64,000 bases of DNA from Opitutales bacterium (GCA_965197745.1 CBDANS010000007.1:1536001-1600000), one strand, 5' to 3'; positions 30,520 through 41,437 are shown, counted from the first letter of the stretch. Program-made: numbers and translations. Notes: generated by a model not told the origin, from the letters alone.

Positions 30520-31518
30520 ATGAAAATAGTACCCATACGACGGATCATAATTCTTACAATAAAGGGTATTTTATTTATTTCGGCTCCTCCTTGTATTGCG
30601 AAGGATCTGACGATTTCTAAAGAGTCGGACGAAACAAGTTCATCTTCATCGCACAACGCTGTCGTCCACGACTCGATTGAAATAGACGGTGTCGATATAT
30701 TCTACCGTGAAGCCGGACCGAGAGATGCACCAACGCTCTTTCTGTTGCATGGTTACCCGACTTCATCCCATATGTTTCGCAATCTGATGCGTGACCTCGC
30801 CGACAAATTCCATACCCTCGCGCCTGATTATCCTGGCTTTGGTCGTAGCGAGCAGCCGCCGATGGCCGATTTCGAATACACCTTTGATCATATGGCTGAA
30901 CTGATGAAGAAATTTCTCAAAGCAAAAGGCGCTGATAAATTCAGCATCTATCTTATGGATTACGGGGCACCCATCGGTTACCGTATCGCCGTCAAGCAGC
31001 CGAAGCGCATCCAAGGTCTCATCATCCAAAATGGCTGCGCTTACGAAGAAGGTTTACTCGAGTTCTGGGACCCAATCAGAAAGTACTGGAATAACAAGAC
31101 TGCTGAGAACGGTAAAGCGCTTGAAGGCTTTCATTCACTCGAAGGCCTTAAATGGCAATACACCCACGGCACGGGATCCCGCCAGAATCAAGTTAGCCCC
31201 GACAATTGGGAGATTGATTTGCGTCATTTAACCCGCCCGGAGAATAATGAAATTCAACTCGCCATGTTCTACGACTATCAGAATAACGTGCCACTTTATC
31301 CAAAATTTCAGTCCTACTTCCGCAAACGTCAACCACCAACTCTGATTGTTTATGGAAAGAATGATCACATTTTCCCTGAGGCTGGCGCGCATGCTTATAA
31401 AAAGGATCTAAAGAATATTGACTTTAATCTATTTGATACAGGTCACTTTGCTCTTGAAACTCATGGCAGAGAAATAGCCCTTTTAATTCGCAAGTTCTTG
31501 AGCAAACAGGGAAAGTAG
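30520..31518 (+). CDS. Alpha/beta hydrolase (epoxide hydrolase-like)
   Basis: FYREAG, LLHGYPTSSHMFR, APDYPGFG, MDYGAP, GHFALE. Confidence 0.92.
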   Translation: MKIVPIRRIIILTIKGILFISAPPCIAKDLTISKESDETSSSSSHNAVVHDSIEIDGVDIFYREAGPRDAPTLFLLHGYPTSSHMFRNLMRDLADKFHTLAPDYPGFGRSEQPPMADFEYTFDHMAELMKKFLKAKGADKFSIYLMDYGAPIGYRIAVKQPKRIQGLIIQNGCAYEEGLLEFWDPIRKYWNNKTAENGKALEGFHSLEGLKWQYTHGTGSRQNQVSPDNWEIDLRHLTRPENNEIQLAMFYDYQNNVPLYPKFQSYFRKRQPPTLIVYGKNDHIFPEAGAHAYKKDLKNIDFNLFDTGHFALETHGREIALLIRKFLSKQGK

Positions 31519-31662
31519 AAATAAATTCCCAATGAGTAATAGGGTAACGCTGGATCTCATTTCACCTACGCCCAAGTTAGGCAGGTTCCGAAGTTCAAGA
31601 AATGATAATTATCACCCTCCGTATCAATCGACAATCGAAAATCGCAAATCGAAAATTGTAGA

Positions 31663-32559
31663 ATGCCTGTATTAAGCGAAGAAGATCGAGCGTTTTGGGA
31701 TGAGAACGGTTACGTCATCATTCATGACGCGGTTCCTCCAGAATACATCAAAGCTACTCAGGATGAAGTTTGGAATTTTTTGGAAATGCAGCCCGACGAT
31801 CGGGAGAGTTGGTATCCTGACCCGCCTCGACCGGGCCTAGGGGTGAAGATGCATCATCACTAGGTTTTGTGGAACAACCGTCAATACCCCCGCGTGCATC
31901 AGGCTTTTTCGGAGATCTGGGGAACAGAGAAGTTGTGGGTAAGTTTTGATCAGTGCAGCATGAGCCCCCCGCTCCGCGAGCACTTGAATGATGGCGGGAA
32001 ATTGCATTGGGATACCCCTTTAGAACCGCCTATTCCGTTTTGTTGTCAGGGTGTGCTCTACCTGACAGACACAGAAGCGGAGCAGGGAGCGTTTACCTGC
32101 GTGCCGGGGTTCCATCTAAAACTCGAAGCATGGTTGGAGTCCTTGCCACCGCACGCTGATCCGCGAAAGCAGGATCTGATGAGCCTCGGAGCGATACCAG
32201 TAGCAGGTAAAGCTGGAGATCTCATTATCTGGCATCATTTACTCCCTCATGGAGCGGGAAAGAATACTGCGGACCAACCACGGGTGGTACAGTACATCTC
32301 CATGTTCCCGGCTCATGGAAAGGACGAGGATTTTGTAAATTATCGCATCAAAGCATGGAAAAATCGACTGGCCGGCGGGGGGCATTCCGGCAGTAGGGTA
32401 GAGTTGAAAAAAGGAAAGGAATTTGAAAAAGGTCAGACCGCTAAATTGTCACCGTTAGGACGAAAATTGTTGGGATTGGATTCGTGGGAGAGCGCTTACG
32501 CGCGTCAAAAAGTCAAAAAGTTGAAGGCGAAGGAGAGATCAGTGAACGGTGAACGGTAA
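31663..32559 (+). pseudogene. PhyH-family dioxygenase with in-frame TAG at 31861-31863
   Basis: Paralogs have CAG (HQALW) at this codon; both halves are in one frame and otherwise intact (LHWD, IWHHLLPHG). Confidence 0.8.
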
Positions 32560-32687
32560 TCAGTAAACGGTAAACAGTGAATAGTGCTGTCGCTTGTGTT
32601 AAGTTCTAAACATGGTTCATTTAGGTGGAACGTGCTGTCCCTATTTATAAAATCGACAATCGCAAATCGCAAATCGACAATTGAAAT

Positions 32688-33619
32688 GTGTCCGTATTAA
32701 GCGAAGAAGACCGAGCGTTTTGGAATGAGAATGGATACATTGTCATTCATGATGCTGTTTCTCGGGAAAATATAAAAGCTGCGGAGGATGCTATATGGAA
32801 TTTTTTGGGAATGCGACCCGACAACCAGGAGAGTTGGTACCCCGACCCCCCACGGCGGGGGATCATGGCTGAAATGTATCAGCACCAGGCATTATGGGAC
32901 AATCGTCAGTACCCCCGCGTGCATCAAGCCTTTGCGGAGGTCCTGGGAATGGAACAGTTGTGGGTGAGTATTGACCGCGTCAGCATGAGTCCACCGGAAC
33001 GCACCCCCCCCCCAATGATACCTCGTCAAAACAACCCATTCCATTGCACTGGGATTACGTTTTACAACTCCATGGGGATGGGAAACCCACGCTTATGGAA
33101 GGCAGTCTTGAACGGCCTCTTCCGTTTTGGGTGCAGGGTGTGCTCTACCTGACAGACACCGTGGAGAATGGGGGAGCGTTCACCAGTGTGCCGGGATTTC
33201 ATCGGGAAATTGAAGGGTGGTTGGAAACCCTGCCGCAAGTGGCCGACCCACGTAAGCGAGATGAAAGCGGTGGCGTCTTTTTAAACTACGATGCGTGGTT
33301 GGAGACTTTGCCAGCGAATGATGATTCGAGTGTGCAAGCCATAATTGATAGGGGCACAAAACCTGTTCCCGCTAAAGCCGGGGATCTTATTATCTGGCAC
33401 AGTTCACTCCCTCACGGGGCCAGCTATAATACTGCAAACCATCCACGTGTGGTGCAGTACATGACCATGTTCCCGGCGCAGGAAAATGATGATACTGCCC
33501 GCAATCGTCGGATCAAAGTATGGCAAAATGGCATGGCAGCTGAGGGACATTCAATGGATCATTCCGCAGAGCTTTCACCGTTAGGGCGAAAACTGCTGGG
33601 TCTAGACAGGTGGGATTAG
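32688..33619 (+). pseudogene. PhyH-family dioxygenase frameshifted in a C10 run (33004-33013)
   Basis: C11 or C8 restores DTSSKQPIPLHWD as in paralog 33817-34692. Confidence 0.8.
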
Positions 33620-33642
33620 CTGACTCGCAATGCGCATCCGCT

Positions 33643-33742
33643 AGTTTTAGGTTTTAAGTGTTAGGAAAATGATCGTCATAAAGAATCTTATAATAATAGT
33701 TTCTGACTAAAACTTAAAACCTAACACTTAACACTTAACACG
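33643..33742. repeat. Convergent 7-bp tandem arrays (GTKTTAR / YTAAMAC)
   Basis: gttttaggttttaagtgttagg ... aacttaaaacctaacacttaacacttaacac; similar arrays near 30319, 36076-36142, 44367, 48266, 55408. Confidence 0.7.
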
Positions 33743-33816
33743 CGACGGTGAAATTCCTACCCGCTTTTTAATTGTTCAATAAACTGAATTATTATGTTAA
33801 ATCATAGGAGCTCATA

Positions 33817-34692
33817 ATGCCCGTATTAAGCAAAGAAGATCGAGCGTTTTGGGAGGAGAACGGCTACGTTGTCATCCATGATGCGGTTCCCCCGGAAAAT
33901 ATTAAAGCGGCCGAAGATGCGGTTTGGGATTTTTTGGAAATGCAGCCCGACAACCCAGATAGTTGGTACCCCGACCCGCCTCGGAAGAACATCACTATGG
34001 AGATGTACCATCACCAGGCATTGTGGGACAATCGTCAATATCCCCGCATGCATCAAGCCTTTGTGGAGATCTGGGAAACGGAGCGGTTGTGGGTAAGTAT
34101 TGACCGCGCAAGCATGAGCCCACCGGACCGCACATCCCCGAAAGAAGCTGGGAAATCAAAAGGTGATACCTCTTCAAAACAACCAATTCCGTTGCATTGG
34201 GATATCGCTATAGAACCACCTATACCGTTTTGTGTTCAGGGGGTGCTCTATCTGACGGACACAGCAGCGGATGGAGGAGCGTTTACCTGTGTGCCGGGGT
34301 TCCATCGAAAACTCGAAGCGTGGTTGGCGAACTTGCCGGCGGATGCCGATCCGCGTAAGCAGGATCTGATGAGTCTGGGTGCAACACCGATTCCAGGTAA
34401 AGCCGGTGATCTCATCATCTGGCATAGTTCTCTGCCTCACGGGGCAGGTCTTAATACAGCAAGGTATCCACGGGTCGTGCAGTACATCACCATGTTCCCG
34501 GTGCAGGAAAAAGACGAAAATATTCTAACTCATCGCGTTAACGCATGGCGAAATAACCTGGCAGGTTTGATCGTCGAAGGCACTGGCAGGAATTGGGAAT
34601 TACGTAAGGAAAAGGAACATGCTATTGGTCAAACCGCGGTGCTGTCACCGTTAGGGAGAAAGCTGCTGGGGTTGGATTCGTGGGAGCGCTAG
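33817..34692 (+). CDS. PhyH-family dioxygenase
   Basis: FWEENGYVVIHDAV, LHWD, QGVLYLTD, IWHSSLPHG. Confidence 0.9.
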   Translation: MPVLSKEDRAFWEENGYVVIHDAVPPENIKAAEDAVWDFLEMQPDNPDSWYPDPPRKNITMEMYHHQALWDNRQYPRMHQAFVEIWETERLWVSIDRASMSPPDRTSPKEAGKSKGDTSSKQPIPLHWDIAIEPPIPFCVQGVLYLTDTAADGGAFTCVPGFHRKLEAWLANLPADADPRKQDLMSLGATPIPGKAGDLIIWHSSLPHGAGLNTARYPRVVQYITMFPVQEKDENILTHRVNAWRNNLAGLIVEGTGRNWELRKEKEHAIGQTAVLSPLGRKLLGLDSWER

Positions 34693-34819
34693 CGCGCGTC
34701 AAAAGGTCAAAAAGTTGAAGACGGGGGAATCAGTGAACAGCCGCCGTCGCTTCGCTATGGCGTGCCAAGGTGAACGGTGATAAGCGCTGATGCGCGTGTT
34801 AAATTTTAATCATTATTCA

Positions 34820-34941
34820 AATAGGTGGAACGCGGTGCCTGTCCGATATAGTCCCGCTACCGCGGGACGACGGCTGATCCCAACCGCGTTTGTATATATT
34901 ATTAATAAAGAAGTGCGCTGAAACAGCCCGCTCCACCTATT
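34820..34941. repeat. Family B REP pair (reverse orientation) with nested module
   Basis: AATAGGTGGAACGCGGTGCC...CAGCCCGCTCCACCTATT. Confidence 0.75.
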
Positions 34942-35054
34942 CTTAGTTAATCATTTTAGTTTCTTGCATCCTGAACTCTCAACCTTGAACCTTCCAATGA
35001 AAATGGAAAAATGATGGATAATGAAAACGACGATACATTAATAAAGGAGTTAAT

Positions 35055-35957
35055 ATGGATAAACTAAAAATTTTGATTGTCCATGCCCATCCAGCTGATT
35101 TTGCCTGTGATGCTTCTGCAACTATAGCCTTGCATTCAGAAAGAGGTGATAAAGTAACTAGCTTAGTGGTTTCTCATGGTGAAAGACACCATATGCTATG
35201 GATTCATGATCAGGAGACTAAACCTGTAGAAAAACAAGATCCCGATTTTAAAAATCTAAATATAGATAACTATCGGGAATTCAAAAAACGTGAGACCGAA
35301 CGCATCGCCTCTATCCTCGGAGTGGATGAATTGTTAATGCTGGGATGGACCGACAGCGAAATATATTTTGATCATGACAAAGTTGAACAAATATCTGAGA
35401 TAATTAGAAAAGTTAAACCAGACATATTTATAACCAGATTGCCAAATGTCCCTTACCTCTATTCAACGCATAACGATCATCCTGAAACGGCAAGGATAGC
35501 GATGAAAGCTCTCCGGCATGCCGAAGAGAGAGTTAGACAATTTGACGGAGTTGATGCCTATAGAGGTGTGAAGCAAGTTTTTCATTCGCTTGCAGGAGGG
35601 GAGGAAGTTAATTCTAATCATATGTTACTACCAGGAATTACTCCAGATGTTTGGATCGATACCACATCGGTTATAGAGAAAAAAGTGCAAGCTATTGACC
35701 AGTTAGTGAGCCAGGGATATAAGGGTAAATTTGCCAGGCGGGTTGTTGAAGCTAGAGATGGAAGGTGGGGGATGATAGCGGGAACCGCCTATGCTGAACC
35801 ATTTGTAAGACCAACCGGGTTGATTTATAACAGTCTGCCTTTACCCTCAAGCGCTATTAAAGATGCCCATAAACCGACAATTGACCATAGCGGAAAGACA
35901 TCAGTTCACAAAATACCTTCAGTAACTCCGAAGGCAGCTTATAAGCTTAAACTTTAA
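35055..35957 (+). CDS. PIG-L/LmbE family protein (GalB 4-oxalomesaconate hydratase-like)
   Basis: HAHPADF, SHGER, IIRKVKPDIFIT, HNDH, YAEPF. Confidence 0.8.
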   Translation: MDKLKILIVHAHPADFACDASATIALHSERGDKVTSLVVSHGERHHMLWIHDQETKPVEKQDPDFKNLNIDNYREFKKRETERIASILGVDELLMLGWTDSEIYFDHDKVEQISEIIRKVKPDIFITRLPNVPYLYSTHNDHPETARIAMKALRHAEERVRQFDGVDAYRGVKQVFHSLAGGEEVNSNHMLLPGITPDVWIDTTSVIEKKVQAIDQLVSQGYKGKFARRVVEARDGRWGMIAGTAYAEPFVRPTGLIYNSLPLPSSAIKDAHKPTIDHSGKTSVHKIPSVTPKAAYKLKL

Positions 35958-36028
35958 CTGTATGGTTCAGTTTCCCTTTTTCCCCATTAGAGGTTATGGA
36001 TATATATGAAGCCATGCAGCGACCCCCG

Positions 36029-36055
36029 CTGGGATTGGACAGTTGGGAGAGCTGA
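36029..36055 (+). pseudogene. Orphan 3' tail of a PhyH paralog (LGLDSWES*)
   Basis: ctgggattggacagttgggagagctga matches the C-terminal LGLDSWE motif of the 31663, 33817 and 38062 paralogs. Confidence 0.55.
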
Positions 36056-36202
36056 TGCGCTTTGCGTGTAAGCTCGTTTTAGGTGTTAAGTTTTAAGTGT
36101 TAAGTAAAATCAACCTAAAACATAACACATAAAACTTAACACGCGCTTGCGCCCGCGTTATCCTTGACACTCTACGGTCGTTGCTAATTAAGATCGCAAC
36201 CG

Positions 36203-37045
36203 ATGTTAAAGCGCAGGAAAGGGTACTTGAAGCCGCGGAAAGGCCGCGTTCCTAAGGCAAGTCGTCAGCTGGAGGACGAGGGTTACACCATTTTACATAA
36301 GGTGCTTAGCAAGGAGGAGGTCGATGACCTCGCACGGGAAATCAATGAGGTTTATGATAAGCTTCCACCCGATGGACGAGTAAGCCTTGGTCTTTTGGAA
36401 GAGGACAGAGCTTTCCGTTATGAAATGTTTAATCGCAGTGCCTTGTGCCAGGAAGTTGTCGCCCATCCGAAGATCCTGAAGACCATTGAACCACTGTTGG
36501 GCGAAGATTGTCACATTATTGCGAACACCAGCTGGCGCAATCCGCCCGATTCCGATCCTGAACATAAGGGCGGAGTCTGGCATATAGACGGAGGTCCCCA
36601 TATTCCGCTCGATGACGATCAGGTATGGCCGAGCAACATACCTCACCCGGTTTTTGCCATCGGCACCCATATTTTTCTAACAGACTGTCCCATGGATTGT
36701 GGCCCCACGGGCGTAATTCCGGGCAGCCATCTTTCGGGCAAACCGGCACCGCTCAATCATGACATGTTGCTGACCTGGAACAATGTTTCGGTAAAGCCCC
36801 TTCCTGCCAAAGCGGGCGATGTCGCGATGTTCGTCTCAGATATTTGGCACAGACGGATGCCAACATCCGATGAAGATAGTGGCCGATTCTTTCTGCAAGT
36901 GCATTACGCGCGAAGAGACATAGCGCAGCGATTAAGGCGGACAGCTGAGGTTAATCATGTCTCGCCACAAGCCATCGCGCGCATCAAAAGTGATCGTGAA
37001 AAAGCATTACTCGGTTTGCATCCCCCGAAATTCTATGACGGCTAA
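36203..37045 (+). CDS. PhyH-family dioxygenase
   Basis: LEDEGYTIL, WHID, GPTGVIPGSH, DIWHRR. Confidence 0.85.
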   Translation: MLKRRKGYLKPRKGRVPKASRQLEDEGYTILHKVLSKEEVDDLAREINEVYDKLPPDGRVSLGLLEEDRAFRYEMFNRSALCQEVVAHPKILKTIEPLLGEDCHIIANTSWRNPPDSDPEHKGGVWHIDGGPHIPLDDDQVWPSNIPHPVFAIGTHIFLTDCPMDCGPTGVIPGSHLSGKPAPLNHDMLLTWNNVSVKPLPAKAGDVAMFVSDIWHRRMPTSDEDSGRFFLQVHYARRDIAQRLRRTAEVNHVSPQAIARIKSDREKALLGLHPPKFYDG

Positions 37046-37096
37046 GAAATGCAAAAGGGTTAATACCCAGAACTTAGAAATAATTAAATTAATCAC

Positions 37097-37855
37097 ATGG
37101 AATTAAAAGGAAAAGCAGCATTAATTACAGGCGGCAACAGCGGAATCGGTGAAGCTATCGCATACGCCTTGGCGGAAAAGGGAACAGAAGTATTGATAAG
37201 CGGCCGACGGGAAGAACAGAACCGCGCGGTTGCTGAAGCGATCAGTAAAAAAACCGAGACCCGGGTAGAAGCGGTAACCGCCGATGTCAGCATTGAGGAA
37301 GATTGTGAAATGATGGTTCGCCGAACGATTGAACTATTCGGAAAAATCGATATCTGTGTTAATAGTGCGGGGGTCTCAACGGGACCCCAGTTTTCGGAGC
37401 TTTCCACCGAAGTCTTTGATCAGGTACTTAAAACCAATTTATACGGAGCATTCTGGTGTTCACGAGCCGCATTTAACGCGATGCGTAAGAATAAACTGAG
37501 TTCTCCGGATGATATTCGTGGTTATATCATAAACATTTCATCGGTTGTAGGACTGGAAGCTTACGCGCGAAGTGGGACTGGGAGTGGCGTTTACAGCGCT
37601 TCCAAATTCGGCATGATGTCGCTCAACCAGGGCATGTCTGGCTCGGGGCAGAAGGAGTTGATAAAAGTTACCGCGATATGCCCCGCTATGGTCTCTACGC
37701 CAATGACTGAAGAATGGCGAAGCAACAATAGCAAAGAAGGTGATGAATTTATTGAACCCGAAGATGTAGCCGAAACAGTGCTTTACCTCATGCGCCTCTC
37801 ACGTGCAGTCTGGCCCGTGCAGGAAGTTTTGCCCAGACGTGAAGATGAGTGTTGA
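37097..37855 (+). CDS. SDR oxidoreductase
   Basis: TGGNSGIG, INISS, YSASK. Confidence 0.92.
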   Translation: MELKGKAALITGGNSGIGEAIAYALAEKGTEVLISGRREEQNRAVAEAISKKTETRVEAVTADVSIEEDCEMMVRRTIELFGKIDICVNSAGVSTGPQFSELSTEVFDQVLKTNLYGAFWCSRAAFNAMRKNKLSSPDDIRGYIINISSVVGLEAYARSGTGSGVYSASKFGMMSLNQGMSGSGQKELIKVTAICPAMVSTPMTEEWRSNNSKEGDEFIEPEDVAETVLYLMRLSRAVWPVQEVLPRREDEC

Positions 37856-37906
37856 GAGATTTGCGATATTCGAATGCCAATTTTCGATTGAGTTATTACT
37901 CTCTTC

Positions 37907-38014
37907 TTGTCATTGTGAAGGAGGCGATAGCCGACTGCGGCAATCCAGGGGAATGTCTGTTGCGAAATGTAATTTCCCTGGATTGCCGCGTCGCGTTGCT
38001 CCTCGCAATGACAA
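37907..38014. repeat. Gene-less family A REP pair, 108 bp
   Basis: TTGTCATTGTGAAGGAG...GCAATCCAG-spacer-CTGGATTGC...CTCCTCGCAATGACAA. Confidence 0.85.
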
Positions 38015-38061
38015 TTGAAATTGATGTATTCTCCATCTAAGATTTAATAGTGGAACAAAGT

Positions 38062-38955
38062 ATGAAGGTTTTAAGCAAAGAAGATCTAAAGTTCTGGGAT
38101 GAGAACGGTTACGTTATCATTCATGATGCGGTTCCTCCGGAAAATATTAAAGCGGCCAAGGATGCGATTTGGAGTTTTTTGGGAATGCAACCTGACAACC
38201 GGGAGAGTTGGTATCCCGACCCGCCTCGGAAGGGTATTGGGATTGAGATGTATCATCACCAGGCTTATTGGGACAACCGTCAATACCCTCGCGTGCATCA
38301 AGCCTTTGCCGATATCTGGGGAACGAATCGGTTGTGGGTAAGTTTTGATCGCGGCAGCATGAGTCCTCCGGATCGCACAAATCCTCAAGATTCCGATAAA
38401 CTGAACGGGGGTTCCTCATCGAAACTACCCCTTCCCATTCACTTTGATGGCCCCGTAGATCCTGCCAATCCGTTTTGTGTTCAAGGTGTGCTCTATCTTA
38501 CAGACACGAAAGAGAATGGGGGTGCATTCATCTGTGTCCCTGGGTTCCATCGGAAAGTCGCTGCCTGGTTGAAGACATTGCCTCCTGATTCCCATCCGAA
38601 TAGACAAGATTTTATGAGCCTCGGCGCAAAGCCGATTGCAGGTAAAGCAGGTGATCTCATTATCTGGCACCAATTACTGCCCCACGGGGCAAGTCAGAAT
38701 ACGGCGCGGTATCCAAGGGTGGTGCAATACATCACCATGTTCCCTGCGCAGGAAAAGGATGAAGAAACGCGAAATTATCGTGTCAGCGCATGGCAAAATA
38801 ACCTGGCCGGCGGAGGGGCCTGGGGTGTGATGCACGAGTTACCTATCGGCAAGAAAGTGGAGCTGCGAAAAGAAAAGGAACATGCCATCGGTCGACCCGT
38901 GAAACTATCTCCCCTAGGCCGAAAACTGCTGGGGTTAGATTCCTGGGAGCGCTGA
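38062..38955 (+). CDS. PhyH-family dioxygenase
   Basis: Paralog of 33817-34692; IHFD, IWHQLLPHG; alternative GTG start at 38050. Confidence 0.9.
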   Translation: MKVLSKEDLKFWDENGYVIIHDAVPPENIKAAKDAIWSFLGMQPDNRESWYPDPPRKGIGIEMYHHQAYWDNRQYPRVHQAFADIWGTNRLWVSFDRGSMSPPDRTNPQDSDKLNGGSSSKLPLPIHFDGPVDPANPFCVQGVLYLTDTKENGGAFICVPGFHRKVAAWLKTLPPDSHPNRQDFMSLGAKPIAGKAGDLIIWHQLLPHGASQNTARYPRVVQYITMFPAQEKDEETRNYRVSAWQNNLAGGGAWGVMHELPIGKKVELRKEKEHAIGRPVKLSPLGRKLLGLDSWER

Positions 38956-39046
38956 AGCGCTTTGCGCAGCAGTTAGTTTTAGGTTGAAAGAAGTATTATC
39001 CGCCAGGATCAATCGAAATTCGCAAATCGCAAATCGACAATGGCTA

Positions 39047-40498
39047 TCAGTCTATATCGGGCGCCCAGATGCGATTCTCACGGGCTTCGAGGAAACCCTC
39101 GTTGGTGGACTTGAGTTTCCAGATTTCTAATTTCCGGATTTTGGTCGGGGTTTTGCTGCGTCCGAAGAAGGCATACGCCTTTAAACTGTTACCTCCATCG
39201 CGGTAAGCAAGATGGGAAGTCAAAGCCGCTTGACGACCGCTGATGAAGACCTCGATCAGATACTTGTCGACAAAGATGCACAGCTCTAAATCTTCCCCAT
39301 CCGGGAGATCGGCGACGGAAAATGGCGCTTCGGTTTCTCCAATGCAAACGGTGCCGGTCTCAGGCCGAATGAGCACGAGGAGGCCTTCATTGTTTCCGCT
39401 GGCGAACAGCCGGATTCCGAAGCGCCTGCGTTCAGCCGCCGCTCTATCCATGGAGACGCGCAGCTCAAAAGAGTCCGACTCGATATCGGCGATGGGCAGT
39501 TCCTCGGACGAGGTCACTTCCAGATCGTTGAAGATAAGTTCTTCGTGCCGGAGCGACTCGAGCTCGCGCAGCGGTTGGATACTCAGGCTACCGTCCTCGT
39601 GAAGGCCCAGCTCACGCGGCAGTGACTGGATCGACTTCAGATTGATTTCCGGATCGAGGGTGGTAAGCCAGGCCCACATTACGCGGCGACCATCTGCTGT
39701 AAGCACGCTCTCCGGCGCAAAAAAATCACGGTAGCAAGGGTCTGTGAGTGACTGATCTGGGCGTCTCCAATTCATACGCCCATGGGTGTGAGGAACGAAC
39801 TGCTCGGCCTTGGCATCCCAGTCGCCAAGGTAGTAGCGGCAGCCGATCATATGACTGATACACAGGAGCATCCACTGGTTTCCGAAGGGGTAGAAATGGG
39901 CGCAGGACAGGTCTTCGCCGATGGCGACATCCGGCATGTCGTGTTGCATGAAGGGCCCGACGTAGCTCCAGTTGATAAGATCAGTAGACTTGCACAGTTG
40001 AACGTCGTCGGCAGCGGAATAGGCGTAGTAAGTGTCGTTGATGCGGAAGCAGTCGGGGTCGTGGGTTAAACCGATGTCTTTCCCGTCGGGATCGCCTTTC
40101 GGCAGAATCGGATAGGGTTTCTCCCATTCACTGAGTTGATTGTTCTTCGCGACTGCGATGTACGATTGATTTGGGTCCGCCAAACCCGCGTAGATGGCGG
40201 CAGGCTTTCCCTCCGCGGTGATGAATCCGGTGCCGCTGAACATGCCGGTGCCCGTAAAGGAAGGCTGCAGCTTGGTGGACTGCCATGTCCAGTGCAGCAT
40301 GTCGGGGCTGGTGACGTGGACAAAGGAGTATGAAATTTTCTCCTTCCACGGGTGCCGCAAGATGTAGTGCAAGTGGTAGACGCCGTCGAAATAATAGGCG
40401 ACGTTAGGATCGCCCGGTGCACTGTCGCCACCGGGGTGCATCAGGTGGTAGTTGAGAACCAAGTCGTCAGCTACTATTTCTTCGTCGGTGTGTTTCAT
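39047..40498 (-). CDS. Glycoside hydrolase family 32-like (five-bladed beta-propeller)
   Basis: GDPN, HVTSPDMLHW, FSGTG, HDP, FFAPES, RRVMWAW, QSLPREL, IFVDKYLIEVF. Confidence 0.8.
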   Translation of the reverse strand: MKHTDEEIVADDLVLNYHLMHPGGDSAPGDPNVAYYFDGVYHLHYILRHPWKEKISYSFVHVTSPDMLHWTWQSTKLQPSFTGTGMFSGTGFITAEGKPAAIYAGLADPNQSYIAVAKNNQLSEWEKPYPILPKGDPDGKDIGLTHDPDCFRINDTYYAYSAADDVQLCKSTDLINWSYVGPFMQHDMPDVAIGEDLSCAHFYPFGNQWMLLCISHMIGCRYYLGDWDAKAEQFVPHTHGRMNWRRPDQSLTDPCYRDFFAPESVLTADGRRVMWAWLTTLDPEINLKSIQSLPRELGLHEDGSLSIQPLRELESLRHEELIFNDLEVTSSEELPIADIESDSFELRVSMDRAAAERRRFGIRLFASGNNEGLLVLIRPETGTVCIGETEAPFSVADLPDGEDLELCIFVDKYLIEVFISGRQAALTSHLAYRDGGNSLKAYAFFGRSKTPTKIRKLEIWKLKSTNEGFLEARENRIWAPDID

Positions 40499-40684
40499 TC
40501 GTGTGTCCTCTCATTTGTATTCATTTTGGAAAAATCCTCCTTTTTCAACAGGAGATGACGCATTGATTCCTATCACAAGAAAATTTTCAACCTATTGCCC
40601 CTTCAATTACAAAAAGATCGGTATGACCCCTTTTGAATTTGCCTGTAGAGTGAAAACTTAAATATTATGATGAGGAGTAGCTAA

Positions 40685-41437
40685 ATGAAACTCAAGGCAT
40701 CAGAAGTCCAAACTTTTCAACGAGAGGGATACTTGAAGATCCCCCATCGGATAATTGAGGAAGACCACCTTCAGCGTCTTGTCAGGTCCTATGACGAGGT
40801 ATTTAATGGAGCGGGTGTACGCAACCTTTCGGAAATGGAATCCACAACTGAAGATGCCGTGGAAACAGATGACGGGAAGATGTGGAAAGTGGAGGAGATG
40901 TGGAAAAGAAGCGAGGATTTCTGGCATCTGGTCTATCACAAGCCATTGCTTGAGATTGTTGAGAGCCTGATTGGTAGAAGCGTACAGCTATTTGGAGACG
41001 AGGCACTTTATAAACCAGCGAACAATGGTGGCCCTATACCCTGGCATCAGGACAATGGCTATTGGCGCTGTCAACGTGCAGACCTGGTCAGTATCTGGAT
41101 TGCCCTCGACGATGTCGATGAAGAAAACGGATGCATGTATGTAATCCCCGGTAGTCACATTAGCGGTGAGGTGGAGCATTCACGATCTAAGACGGGTGAT
41201 GGCAATATATCGAAGATTTTGCTGACAACTCAGGTTGATGAAAGCAAAGCGGTCCCCATACCCTTGTCCGCGGGTCATGCCATGGTTCATCACTGTTTAA
41301 CCTTACATGCTACCCGACCAAACTTTTCTAGCCATGATCGGCGCGCAATAGTCATTAATTACATGCCAGTTGGTACCCGAAATGGTGAAGGGGAGTTGTT
41401 GAAAGAAGGTTTTCCCATTTTAGCTTCCACGTCGTAA
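40685..41437 (+). CDS. PhyH-family dioxygenase
   Basis: FQREGY, PWHQDNGYW, IWIALDD, NGCMYVIPGSH, LHAT.PN.S..DRRA. Confidence 0.92.
   Translation: MKLKASEVQTFQREGYLKIPHRIIEEDHLQRLVRSYDEVFNGAGVRNLSEMESTTEDAVETDDGKMWKVEEMWKRSEDFWHLVYHKPLLEIVESLIGRSVQLFGDEALYKPANNGGPIPWHQDNGYWRCQRADLVSIWIALDDVDEENGCMYVIPGSHISGEVEHSRSKTGDGNISKILLTTQVDESKAVPIPLSAGHAMVHHCLTLHATRPNFSSHDRRAIVINYMPVGTRNGEGELLKEGFPILASTS

Noticed and set aside
31861..31863. Pyrrolysine or amber recoding
   Set aside because: TAG is used as a normal stop in many genes here, there are no pyl genes in the window, and a single C-to-T change explains it.
31663..38955. PhyH paralog array as a diversity-generating retroelement target
   Set aside because: No reverse transcriptase or template repeat; differences are spread across the genes and not visibly adenine-specific.
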